From positions 1 through 64,000 of the IMG/VR virus record IMGVR_UViG_3300048893_000042: a stretch of DNA of 64,000 nucleotides; one strand, written 5' to 3'. The notes beneath the pieces were generated by a model. That model made no database searches. It saw only the letters and a program-made list of their open reading frames with translations, and had not been told where the DNA came from. The position numbers were made by a program, and so were the translations under genes. Positions 1 through 8,469 of the stretch are shown here, piece after piece. The first letter of the stretch is position 1. Every line of letters begins with the position of its first letter. This DNA is from a virus (Duplodnaviria; Caudoviricetes).

Positions 1-359
1 GCCTGGATGCCGATCACCGTGGCGCCCAGGTCCAGGGCTGCCTGCTGCTGCGGCCGCAGTGGGTCCATCCCCTCAGGCACCCGGTCCAGGCACCGCTCGC
101 GCTTCAGCACCGGGTGGTACAGCACACATCGCCGGCCCAGTATCTGGCAGGCCCGGGCCACGGCCCAGCCGCCCTGGCTGTGCGTCGTGTCCAGCACCCC
201 GATGGTGCCTTCGTTCCGCTTCGACACATGACCCCAGACGCCCCGGGTCTTCGAGAAGTTCGGCCCGCTCGGGCACGACATGTCCTCACGCTTCACCCAC
301 AGGCCCAGCTCTGGGTGATGCTCCAGTGGAGTGCCCTGGACACACATGTTCTCGGTCAT
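1..359 (-). CDS. PLP-dependent enzyme, fold type II (PALP/TrpB-like), 3' part beyond the window edge; likely DNA base hypermodification enzyme
   Basis: Not in the ORF track (no stop in window). Manual translation from ATG 359: MTENMCVQGTPLEHHPELGLWVKREDMSCPSGPNFSKTRGVW...DTTHSQGGWAVARAC; WVKRED..G.N.SK.R matches the fold II PLP-lysine region; ATGA overlap with the upstream ORF. Confidence 0.75.
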   Translation of the reverse strand, partial: MTENMCVQGTPLEHHPELGLWVKREDMSCPSGPNFSKTRGVWGHVSKRNEGTIGVLDTTHSQGGWAVARACQILGRRCVLYHPVLKRERCLDRVPEGMDPLRPQQQAALDLGATVIGIQ

Positions 360-670
360 GACCACTCGCCATCAAAAATCGCGTTCAGCAGATTGTTGGT
401 GCCCTGTGGAGCCTGCTGCATCAGTTCCTCCACCTCACTCTCCTCGCCCGCAACTGCTGTGACCAGGTGCTCCTCCGACAGCCCCATGAGCCACAGGCTT
501 ACCGCGTCCAGGTCCATCGGTGGGTGGGGCAAAGCGAGCACGGCATCCAGCTCAGTGATGGTCATGCTCTCGGGTCGGTCGCGGTTGACCCCGCCGTTGT
601 CATAGGCCATCTCCAGGGCTGCCCGGGCAATCCCTGGGTATCGGTGCCGATTGATGTCAGTGCGGTACAC
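356..670 (-). CDS. hypothetical protein
   Basis: GTG at 670 overlaps the kinase stop; stop overlaps the PLP gene start (ATGA); the track start at 823 lies inside the kinase gene. Confidence 0.55.
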   Translation of the reverse strand: MYRTDINRHRYPGIARAALEMAYDNGGVNRDRPESMTITELDAVLALPHPPMDLDAVSLWLMGLSEEHLVTAVAGEESEVEELMQQAPQGTNNLLNAIFDGEWS

Positions 671-1646
671 TGAACTTCCCCCGCGTCTGGCCTGCACCCT
701 CGGTGACCCGGCACCACTTGTCATACTCGCACAGCGTGTGCTCGACCTCACGCATCTCCCACCTGGGCCATGCCACAGGCACTGTGTTGTAGTTCTGGAG
801 TTCCATTCGACCGACGCATCCAAGCGATCCTACACCCTCCATCATGTAGAGGCGGTTGCGCAGCTGGGGCCAGTAGCGTCCGTTGCGCGACTGCTCAAGC
901 AGTTCGGCCATCTCCTCAACCGCCTGCGCAGCCCTCAGGCTCTTGCCAACAGGTCGGTCATGGATGCGATTGAGCCCGCGCACCGCGCCCGGCCCCGGGT
1001 TGGCCCAGCACAGCCGGTCATGGGCGTTCTGTAGGAGGTCAGTGTGCCTCAGGTCGCAGGCCACCTCATACGTCATGAAGCCCGCGAGGCATGGCGAGGT
1101 GCACCAGGCGCAGAAGTCAGCCATGGACCCCTGGCCGTCACCTTCGATCAGCGCCTCCGCAACGTGCCTCCAGTCCTGGTGCCTCTCCATCCACATGTCG
1201 ATCAGCCGCAGCACTCCATCCAGCTTCGTCAGTCCGAGGCCCGCGCTGCGTGTGTTGATGGTGTAGGCCCCGGTGACATATGGGCCCTTCTTTGGCAGGA
1301 AGGTCAGGATCGCCGAGCGAAGGTGACCCACGTCACACGTAGCACGAAAGGTCTCAAATGCCGTCATGCCAGTGGTCAGGTAGGGTTGGAGGAAGATTGC
1401 CTCACCCGTCGTGGTGCGGTTGAACCAGCGGAACACCACAGTGGCCAGCAGCACCTCCGGCTGGCTGCGCAGCGGCTCGCGCACGTTCTCACGGAACCAG
1501 GCCGTGGTGCGGTCTAGCTCACGAAAGACGTTGGTGAACCGCCCGGTCTGCAGAACACGGTCCTTCGTCCAGGGGTAGGGATCGCCGCGCCGTCGCCGCA
1601 GGTAGATTGAGTGGCGCTCGCGCGCAAACTTGAAGAACTCGTCCAT
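657..1646 (-). CDS. 5-hydroxymethyluracil DNA kinase (aGPT-Pplase clade 1, helical family)
   Basis: Motifs F..ERH.IY.RR..G...PWT.D.VL...RFTNVFRELDRTT, GFMTYEVACDL, WANPGPGAVRGL and EHTLCEYDK, typical of this family. Confidence 0.85.
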   Translation of the reverse strand: MDEFFKFARERHSIYLRRRRGDPYPWTKDRVLQTGRFTNVFRELDRTTAWFRENVREPLRSQPEVLLATVVFRWFNRTTTGEAIFLQPYLTTGMTAFETFRATCDVGHLRSAILTFLPKKGPYVTGAYTINTRSAGLGLTKLDGVLRLIDMWMERHQDWRHVAEALIEGDGQGSMADFCAWCTSPCLAGFMTYEVACDLRHTDLLQNAHDRLCWANPGPGAVRGLNRIHDRPVGKSLRAAQAVEEMAELLEQSRNGRYWPQLRNRLYMMEGVGSLGCVGRMELQNYNTVPVAWPRWEMREVEHTLCEYDKWCRVTEGAGQTRGKFSVPH

Positions 1647-1652
1647 CGAAGA

Positions 1653-1681
1653 ATCATCGCTCCGGGCAGTCGCAGAGTAAA
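1653..1681 (-). promoter_or_regulatory. putative sigma70-type promoter TTTACT-17-GATGAT, possibly leaderless
   Basis: AGTAAA at 1676-1681 and ATCATC at 1653-1658 on plus; ATG at 1646; no RBS seen. Confidence 0.4.
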
Positions 1682-1691
1682 GATCGCCAGC

Positions 1692-2000
1692 TTACCACTT
1701 CTTCTGAGCGAGGAAGACTATGAGGGGCTTGTCAGACTTGGAGCTGTTGCAGGAGTAGCATGCCACCGTGAGGTTGCTCCTCTGGTCGGTGCCACCCCTG
1801 GACCTTGGCTCTATGTGCTCAACGGTGGCCTGGGGACGGGCCCACTGGTTGCGCACCACCACCGGGAACGGCTGCACGCAGTATGGGCACAGGCCCAGCG
1901 CCTCCTCCACCAGCTCAGCACGCAGCCGCTCGTACTCGCCCCGGGTCATCCCCTCGATCACCCGGCACGGGAGGCTGTGGTAGCTCACAGCCAGGGACAC
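1692..2000 (-). CDS. HNH endonuclease
   Basis: CPYC...[14 protein letters not shown]...[13 protein letters not shown]. Confidence 0.9.
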   Translation of the reverse strand: MSLAVSYHSLPCRVIEGMTRGEYERLRAELVEEALGLCPYCVQPFPVVVRNQWARPQATVEHIEPRSRGGTDQRSNLTVACYSCNSSKSDKPLIVFLAQKKW

Positions 2001-3592
2001 GCACGGGGGGTCGTGGAATCAACGATGGTGAGCTGCTCCCTCGCCCTGGTCACCGCCACATACCAGACCCGGGCCTCATCCTCTGAGGCCCACCGCATCT
2101 CCTGGAAGGTGCGAGCTGCTATCTCCTTGAGCAGCACCACCCGGTCTGCTTCACCGCCCTTCGACCCGTGTATGGTGGATATGCGCACCCTGGGTTTGGT
2201 GAGGTTTTCCAGTGTGGCCTCGGTCCCTGACCGCTTGATCGTCGCCAGGGCTGTCCTGATGTATTCGCGCTCGCCCGCCGGCACCCGGTCCAGCACATCA
2301 AACCAAAACCCATCCACCAGCAGGCCACCCTCGCTGTGGAGGTCCGCCTTAGTCACAGTGAACGGCTCCTGTTCGGCTCGCGGTCGCTTGTTCTGCTCCT
2401 CGTCCCAGACCCGCTCGCGGTCATCAAACACGTGGAGTTCCTTGAAGCCCCGCCGGACGCCGACCCCACTGCTCATGCGGTCATAGAGCTGCCGGGCAAC
2501 CTGAAGGGTCACGCTCCCACCCTGCCGCAGCCGCTCCCAGGCCTCGATGGACCCGAGCACCCCACTGCTGACCGATGGCTTGTCATTGTGGTGCCAGACG
2601 ATGCCCTGGCGCCGCAGGTGCGGGATGACCTGCTCCCAGAGGATGTAGGTGTTGCGGGCCAGCACCAGCACCTGCACCGGCTCCCCCGATGCGGTGAGGC
2701 GGAACCCGCAGTCAATGTCCCCAAACCTCTGGGCATAGCCCACGGACCCCTCGGTGCCAACCTTCGCAGCCCAGTCCTTCTGCCGGCGGTTCCCCATGTG
2801 AGGAACCATCCGGCCTGCCACATCCTGGACAGCCGGGGGGACGCGGTAGCTCTGCCCCAGCACGCGGGAGTCACCTTCCAGTCTGATCAGGTGGTCTGAG
2901 TCCGCACCGGACCAGCGGTAGATCGCCTGGTCATCGTCGCCCGCGACACAGACCCGCCGGGCCTTGCGCGCCAGCACTGAGACCACATCCCACTGGAGCC
3001 TAGACAGGTCCTGGGCCTCATCAACCACCAGCACCTCCAGGGGCACCTCGATGCCCGACCTCACGAACTCCGACAGCATGTCGGTGTAGTCCATCAGGTT
3101 GTGCTCGCTCTTGTAGGTCGCCAGGGCGCGGCTCACCTGGCTCACGAGGACCCAGGGCAGCTGGTCACTGTCCAGCCTGTACTGCTCCTCCAGGCTCACG
3201 CAGCGCACTCGGGCCAGGTTCTCCATGAAGATGATCCGGTCGCCCATCTCGAACCCGGACATCAGGCCGTCCTCTGAGAACCTGCCCGTGATGCGCACGC
3301 CAGCATACTGGGCGAAGTCGGTCATCAGCTTCTTGCCCTCCAGCACGTCGCCGCCACTGAGGCCCAGCTGCCGGAAGCAGAGCGAGTGGAGGGTGCGGAA
3401 GTAGGGCAGGTCCACGTGGGACAGGCTGAACCTCTGGCAGGCCCGCTCGGCTGCCTCATGGGCTGCCCGCTTGGTGAAGCTGACGTAGCCTATCCGGTCG
3501 GGAGGCACCCCGGCGGCCAGTTCATCCTCCACGATGCCGAGGAGGGTGGTGGTCTTGCCCGTGCCCGGTGGACCCAGGATGATCTCGGTCAG
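1985..3592 (-). CDS. UvrD/Rep superfamily 1 DNA helicase (probable CTG start)
   Basis: Walker [10 protein letters not shown] lies upstream of the track start 3532; [28 protein letters not shown] and YVAVTRARE motifs; AGGAGG 8 nt before CTG 3592. Confidence 0.9.
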   Translation of the reverse strand: MTEIILGPPGTGKTTTLLGIVEDELAAGVPPDRIGYVSFTKRAAHEAAERACQRFSLSHVDLPYFRTLHSLCFRQLGLSGGDVLEGKKLMTDFAQYAGVRITGRFSEDGLMSGFEMGDRIIFMENLARVRCVSLEEQYRLDSDQLPWVLVSQVSRALATYKSEHNLMDYTDMLSEFVRSGIEVPLEVLVVDEAQDLSRLQWDVVSVLARKARRVCVAGDDDQAIYRWSGADSDHLIRLEGDSRVLGQSYRVPPAVQDVAGRMVPHMGNRRQKDWAAKVGTEGSVGYAQRFGDIDCGFRLTASGEPVQVLVLARNTYILWEQVIPHLRRQGIVWHHNDKPSVSSGVLGSIEAWERLRQGGSVTLQVARQLYDRMSSGVGVRRGFKELHVFDDRERVWDEEQNKRPRAEQEPFTVTKADLHSEGGLLVDGFWFDVLDRVPAGEREYIRTALATIKRSGTEATLENLTKPRVRISTIHGSKGGEADRVVLLKEIAARTFQEMRWASEDEARVWYVAVTRAREQLTIVDSTTPRACPWL

Positions 3593-3822
3593 TGGAGTGT
3601 CCTCCTGTCCACCAGAGGCTCATGACCCTCTGGAACGGTGCCCTCAAAAGGACCCGTGGCGTTCAGTGTCACGTCGGAGTAGTCCTCACGCAGGCAGGCT
3701 GCGCAGAACCCTGAGCCCGTGTAGCGTGGACTGAGGTGGCCTCGCTCGCACGTGTTCCCGCTGTCATACATGCGGGAACCCCGGCGCTGAGCCTCGGTCC
3801 GGTTCTTCGGCAGTGCGCTCAT
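3589..3822 (-). CDS. small Cys/His-rich (zinc-binding-like) hypothetical protein
   Basis: CERGH..RY..SGFCAAC; 4-nt overlaps with both neighbours. Confidence 0.65.
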   Translation of the reverse strand: MSALPKNRTEAQRRGSRMYDSGNTCERGHLSPRYTGSGFCAACLREDYSDVTLNATGPFEGTVPEGHEPLVDRRTLH

Positions 3823-4481
3823 GGGGCACCACTCAGTGCCACCAGCTCAGCCGCCAGCTCCTCATAGATGGTGCGGCCCGTGTTGCTGACCACCTGGATC
3901 GCCCGGTCATCCCACAGCTCGATCATCTCACCGTCCTTCACACAGGTCACGGGCACCATGCAGCCGATGTGCCTGAGGCACCACTGCTGGACCGCAGCCA
4001 CCGCATCCTCTGGGGTGTAGTGCCGGCTGCGGACCGGGCACCAGCGCAGCCCAACGGTGTGGACCCTCGCCGTGAAGATGCGGACGTCGAACCCCTCTGC
4101 GATCATGTCACGCACGCGGTCCACCATGGGTTCGATGGGCTCACCGATGTCATCGAAGGCAACCCACCTGCCCCAGTGGGCCAGGGTGCCGTCCAGGTCC
4201 ACCCCGATCCACCCCTTACCCTTCATGGCCGCCCGTCGCTCCTCCAGGGCGCGGTGGACCTGGTCAAGCCGCCTGGCATGGGCCTGCTCTGGGCTGGACC
4301 CGCATGTCACCCCGATGCCGTGCATGTCGATGGCACTGCCTGGCCCGGTGAAGGCCTGGTCCCATCCGGCTGCACGCATCTTCTGGCTGATCTCATAGTA
4401 TGCCGCTGGGCTCAGCTCCAGCTCTGCGAACGTGTAGGTCACCATGTGGGCCTTTCTGATATGCGGTGCGCGGTCACGCAC
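3819..4481 (-). CDS. HAD-superfamily phosphatase
   Basis: WIGVDLDGTLA (DxDGT), RIFTAR and terminal LWDDRA motifs. Confidence 0.8.
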   Translation of the reverse strand: MRDRAPHIRKAHMVTYTFAELELSPAAYYEISQKMRAAGWDQAFTGPGSAIDMHGIGVTCGSSPEQAHARRLDQVHRALEERRAAMKGKGWIGVDLDGTLAHWGRWVAFDDIGEPIEPMVDRVRDMIAEGFDVRIFTARVHTVGLRWCPVRSRHYTPEDAVAAVQQWCLRHIGCMVPVTCVKDGEMIELWDDRAIQVVSNTGRTIYEELAAELVALSGAP

Positions 4482-4909
4482 CTCGACACGACGAATCTCC
4501 AGTCCATGGCCAGGGGCACCAGCCAGCGGAGGTTCCCCACCACATCCATCCGGGTCCCATCACTCCAGCACAGCTGGTCTGCCAGGAGGGGTTCATGCTC
4601 CACCCACCCCATGATCTCGCCCCGGTCGTTGCCGACCGGTGGGAAGGGTCGTGGGTCGTCATCGGGAACCCGGTGGGTGTAGAAGTCCACCCGGTAGTCT
4701 GGACCCTCCTCAACGGCAAACAGCCTCCACGGGATGCCCGGCAGCCGGGCCTCCTCGGTGAACTCGCGTTCCATGCAGAGGGCACTGGTCTCACCCGGCT
4801 CGATCTTGCCGCCCACAGCGTTGAGCAGGCCCTGCTGCCAGGCAGGGTTGTTCTTCCGGACCAGCATCACGCTCCGCCGGTGGAAGAGAAGTCCCGCCGT
4901 GTAGTTCAT
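4439..4909 (-). CDS. NUDIX hydrolase
   Basis: Nudix box GGKIEPGETSALCMEREFTEEA; start taken at MNYTAG (ATGA overlap). Confidence 0.9.
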   Translation of the reverse strand: MNYTAGLLFHRRSVMLVRKNNPAWQQGLLNAVGGKIEPGETSALCMEREFTEEARLPGIPWRLFAVEEGPDYRVDFYTHRVPDDDPRPFPPVGNDRGEIMGWVEHEPLLADQLCWSDGTRMDVVGNLRWLVPLAMDWRFVVSRCVTAHRISERPTW

Positions 4910-5079
4910 GCACAGTCTCCACACTCGTGCTTCCACTCAGTGCCGACCTGGAAGGCCCGCCACCCCTCGGACCGGGCCTGGACCCAGGCCTCGCTGAAGT
5001 CCGCCTCACCTGTCTCCAGGTTGTCGCCGCAGGTGTCACACTCGAACACCCAGTCCCCACATTCCCGGGTCGCGCTCAT
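4906..5079 (-). CDS. 57-aa putative zinc-binding protein
   Basis: Manual translation MSATRECGDWVFECDTCGD...WKHECGDCA; ATGA overlaps at both ends. Confidence 0.7.
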   Translation of the reverse strand: MSATRECGDWVFECDTCGDNLETGEADFSEAWVQARSEGWRAFQVGTEWKHECGDCA

Positions 5080-6644
5080 ATGACCTGCCCTCGCATTGGT
5101 GGCACCTCCAGCTCAGGGGTCTGCTGCACCACATCCGAGGGCACCCACCAGACGTTCACCCCCTTGCTCGTGCCCCTCATCTTGATGTTGAAGAACCCCG
5201 GGCCACCCCCAAGCTTCTCCAGCCGCCGGGTCACCTCACCACGCTTGACCTCGCGCGCACCCTCGCGCACCAGGAAGGTCACCAGGTCCTTGAGCCGGAA
5301 GTAGTGTCGGTGGTCGTCCTCGTCCTCATAGGGTCGCCCGGCGAACAGGTCCTCCCGCCGGGTGCCCCGCGCTCGCCCCACGAGGAACTCCTCAAGCAGC
5401 TCGCGGAAGGCCTCTGGGGCACCAACATCCGGGGGAGGCTCGATGACTACCACCCTGGCCATTGCCTCAGCCACCAGGGTGATCCAGTCTGACTGCTTGA
5501 TGACCCGGTAGGCGCGGTTCGCCCGCTCCATGCAGAGGCGCTGGAACAAGGGGAAGCTCTGGAGCTGCTCAGTGCTGGCCTCCAGGCGCACCTCGTCTAT
5601 GTCGATGAACCATATGGGAGCTTCAGGGATGTCCAGCTTCGACAGACCACTGATCACGGGGTAGCTGCCGGCCTCACCGACCCCGAAGCGCCGGCCCCGG
5701 CACACCGCCACGTCGCAGTGCGAGCACATGGGTTCGGTCTTGCAGGTGTACTCATATTCCTTCTTCTCCAGGCTCCTCACCGCGATCTGGACCTCATCGG
5801 ATGGCAGCGGTGGGCGCATGAAGTTGCTGTTCATGGCCTCGATGCGGTCCTTCCAGTCCGTGGGGTACTTGCGCTTGAGGTACAGCCCCACCATGAACAG
5901 CGAGGTGTTGCGTGACCCCTCTGGGAAGCCCTCGCGGGCCATGTGCTGGAGGCATCGCGGGCCATCCTCGAACGGGCCTGGCTCATGCTTGGCATTGGGT
6001 GCCCGGCGGTTCCCCAGCTGTTCGAACTGCTGCAGGGTCTGCCGGCACTCGTCTGCCATGGCGATGAACTCGGTGACGGTCATCGAGGCCCCGGTCCTCT
6101 TCAGGCCCACCTGCTCCTTCAGCTTGCCGCCGAAGGTGCCGCCGAAGTAGGGCATGACCATCCAGTTGCCCGCGTCACCCCGGTCCAGCAGCAGCTGGGT
6201 CTGCTTGGGGAATATCTCGCTGCCGGCGAGGCCCAGGCTGGCTGCGATGTCCCTCAGCACCGCCTGCACCATGATGGCAGGTGCCGGCTCACTGAGGAAG
6301 AGGAACAGGTGGAGACCACCCGACTTGGACATGCACGGCACCAGTGGCAGCTTGGCTGCCGCCACCTTCTTGACCAGCTCGACCATGTTGATGTCGTACT
6401 GGTCCACGTCGATGCTACCCCAGTAGCACGAGTGATCTTCACGTATGGGGACCACACCCAGCGGTCGCTCACCCTCCAGGTGCGCAACCCACAGCTCCAC
6501 AGTCACCGGCTCACGCAGTGTCTTGGCTGTTCGCTTGATCCCCCACTTCAGGCCCTCGCGGTCGGGCACGCCATGTGTTCCATGGACCCCGCTGAGCCCA
6601 GTGAACAACTCCATCATCTTCTTGGCAGTGGCTGTCTGTCGCAT
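5076..6644 (-). CDS. archaeo-eukaryotic-type primase(-polymerase) with PriCT-like domain
   Basis: WGSIDVD, SKSGGLHLFLF, EIFPKQ, GN...MPYFG, GPRCL, EGSRN.SLF motifs. Confidence 0.85.
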   Translation of the reverse strand: MRQTATAKKMMELFTGLSGVHGTHGVPDREGLKWGIKRTAKTLREPVTVELWVAHLEGERPLGVVPIREDHSCYWGSIDVDQYDINMVELVKKVAAAKLPLVPCMSKSGGLHLFLFLSEPAPAIMVQAVLRDIAASLGLAGSEIFPKQTQLLLDRGDAGNWMVMPYFGGTFGGKLKEQVGLKRTGASMTVTEFIAMADECRQTLQQFEQLGNRRAPNAKHEPGPFEDGPRCLQHMAREGFPEGSRNTSLFMVGLYLKRKYPTDWKDRIEAMNSNFMRPPLPSDEVQIAVRSLEKKEYEYTCKTEPMCSHCDVAVCRGRRFGVGEAGSYPVISGLSKLDIPEAPIWFIDIDEVRLEASTEQLQSFPLFQRLCMERANRAYRVIKQSDWITLVAEAMARVVVIEPPPDVGAPEAFRELLEEFLVGRARGTRREDLFAGRPYEDEDDHRHYFRLKDLVTFLVREGAREVKRGEVTRRLEKLGGGPGFFNIKMRGTSKGVNVWWVPSDVVQQTPELEVPPMRGQVI

Positions 6645-6756
6645 AGCGGCAGGATCAGAGTGGCCCCATGTGCTCGGACTTGCGCCCGCCCTGGTCCACC
6701 GGAGGATGACTGGCTGTCAGCGCACCTCCAGCCGGCCAGGGCGGGACCACCCCTGA

Positions 6757-7671
6757 TCAGATGGCCTGTTCGGCGGCTGTCGTGTCCGGCGCGCTGCGGC
6801 CCGCCGCCGATTCGTCCGGCGCGGCAGCCTGCTTGGCTCCCGATTCGAAGGCCACGGCCAGGTCCCTGCCGCGCAGCAGGGCCTCCTGGTAGTCGTTCGG
6901 GTCGCTGTAGTGGACCCAGACGGGGGTGCCGTCGTCCACGTCAAACATGTACCACTCGCCGGAGGCGTTGCTCTTGAACACCGTCTTGAGGCGGTACAGG
7001 TATGCGTAGCTCGCGGCGATCTTGCGGCTGGGCGTCAGCTTCTGGTTCATCTTGAACATCCACGTCCGGCTGAACGTGTGCCCGGTGCTGCTGAGCGGTA
7101 TGACGAATGGTGCCGGGTTGTGGCCCTCGCGGATGACGAAGCCGGTGTGGTAGCGGGTTTCGATCAGCTCGCTCTTGCCGTCGATGACCCAGCTGAAGGT
7201 GTTGGGGTTGCGCGGGTCCACCTTCTTCTCGGCACCGAGGCGTTCGGCCAGGGCAGTGATGTCCTCGCCCTCGCGGAAGTCATGGCGACCAATGAAGCCG
7301 CCCTGGCTGCCGACCTCACGCGGCCACTTCCACTCAACCACGTCCTTGCTGAAGTAGCAGGGCTGGAAGAGGATGCCCTCATCCCCGGGCACTACCGGGT
7401 CCGCCGCGTTGCGCAGCCAGATGCCGCCGGCCTCGGCACCGTCAATGTAGGCCGGGTTGCGCTTCAGGGTCTGTGGGCTCTGGGCCTGGAGCACATAGAC
7501 CAGCGGGACGAGGTTGTCTTCCTGGAGGGTGGACACCCCCTGCCCGGCTGTGCTCTCCAGCAGCTCAGCGACATCCGCCGGGGCTGGCACCGCACCCTGC
7601 CTGATCGGAACCACCTCACCACCGCTCGGTGGCACCTGCTCGTCCTTGGTCCTGCTTGCCGTCGCTTTCAT
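6757..7671 (-). CDS. putative single-stranded DNA-binding protein
   Basis: LQAQSPQ....PAYIDGAEAG, conserved aromatics, Ala-rich/acidic tail; upstream of primase; ATG 7671 overlaps the upstream stop. Confidence 0.55.
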   Translation of the reverse strand: MKATASRTKDEQVPPSGGEVVPIRQGAVPAPADVAELLESTAGQGVSTLQEDNLVPLVYVLQAQSPQTLKRNPAYIDGAEAGGIWLRNAADPVVPGDEGILFQPCYFSKDVVEWKWPREVGSQGGFIGRHDFREGEDITALAERLGAEKKVDPRNPNTFSWVIDGKSELIETRYHTGFVIREGHNPAPFVIPLSSTGHTFSRTWMFKMNQKLTPSRKIAASYAYLYRLKTVFKSNASGEWYMFDVDDGTPVWVHYSDPNDYQEALLRGRDLAVAFESGAKQAAAPDESAAGRSAPDTTAAEQAI

Positions 7672-8240
7672 TTCTTCACCTTCTCTTTGAGGTTCACTGT
7701 CATCCCCACCGTCGCGCCAAACAGGTCCAGAGGTGGGGTCTTCTGGTACTTCTCGACCTGCTCCCTGAGCCATGCGGTCAGGGTGTTCCAGGGCACGCTC
7801 AGCCGGCGGAAGCTGGGGTATCCATAGCGTGCCAGGTATCTCTCAACCTGTGCGGCCTTGCGGCGCTGGTCGCGCGGGAGCTGGACCACAATCTCAGTCT
7901 TGATCAAGTCGCCATGGCCGTTGGCGTCCAGCCAGTCGAAGGCCTTCTGGCGCCGCTCGGCTTCCCAGTCCACCGCGATGTTGGCGGCATAGTAGGGCTT
8001 GCTCTCCGCCGTGTAGCCTGGCATGTTGCCCTCCGGCTCGATGTCCAGGCGGCTGATCTTGGCCTCCATGAACATGTCCACCAGCGCCTTGGTGCGCAGA
8101 TGAGTGATCCGCTTGTTCTTCTCGTCGATGCGCTCCTCCAGGCTCTTCACCTCAAAGGTCAGGTCACGCACCTCGCGAACCATCGTGCGGATCACCGTCA
8201 GCTTATCTTCTGATGGGGCAGGCGCAGCTGCCAGGTCCAT
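7668..8240 (-). CDS. conserved phage replication-module protein
   Basis: N-terminal coiled coil, then AFDWLDANGHGDLIKT and LTAWLREQ motifs seen in phage replication clusters. Confidence 0.65.
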   Translation of the reverse strand: MDLAAAPAPSEDKLTVIRTMVREVRDLTFEVKSLEERIDEKNKRITHLRTKALVDMFMEAKISRLDIEPEGNMPGYTAESKPYYAANIAVDWEAERRQKAFDWLDANGHGDLIKTEIVVQLPRDQRRKAAQVERYLARYGYPSFRRLSVPWNTLTAWLREQVEKYQKTPPLDLFGATVGMTVNLKEKVKK

Positions 8241-8276
8241 AACGTCCAACAGTCGTCCCCTCTGCTGTGACCGCTT

Positions 8277-8345
8277 ACCATCGACTGCGCCAGTCGTGAA
8301 GTAAAGTGCAAAGATCGCCACCAAGGATACCTTAGCACTTTACTT
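8277..8345. promoter_or_regulatory. divergent promoter region with an 11-bp inverted repeat (operator-like)
   Basis: AAGTAAAGTGC 8299-8309 / GCACTTTACTT 8335-8345; minus-strand TTTACT-17-GATGGT. Confidence 0.5.
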
Positions 8346-8415
8346 TCTGACTGGGCAACCGAAGTATAGGCGTGCTGGCAAGCCTTCGTCCCCGAATCAG
8401 CTGCTGGCCGCGACA

Positions 8416-8447
8416 GGGCGGAGGGGTCGTCATCAGCCCCTCCGCCC
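8416..8447 (+). terminator. 11-bp GC-rich hairpin in the helicase leader (terminator or attenuator-like, no U-tract)
   Basis: GGGCGGAGGGG-10-CCCCTCCGCCC. Confidence 0.4.
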
Positions 8448-8469
8448 AAGCTCAAGGGGACGAATACTC

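Noticed and set aside
356-823. ORF-track starts that extend into upstream genes (also 7773, 8324, 10718, 11720, 25623, 37914, 40271, 57790, 58869)
   Set aside because: Downstream starts have an RBS or 4-nt stop/start overlaps; the extensions overlap other genes
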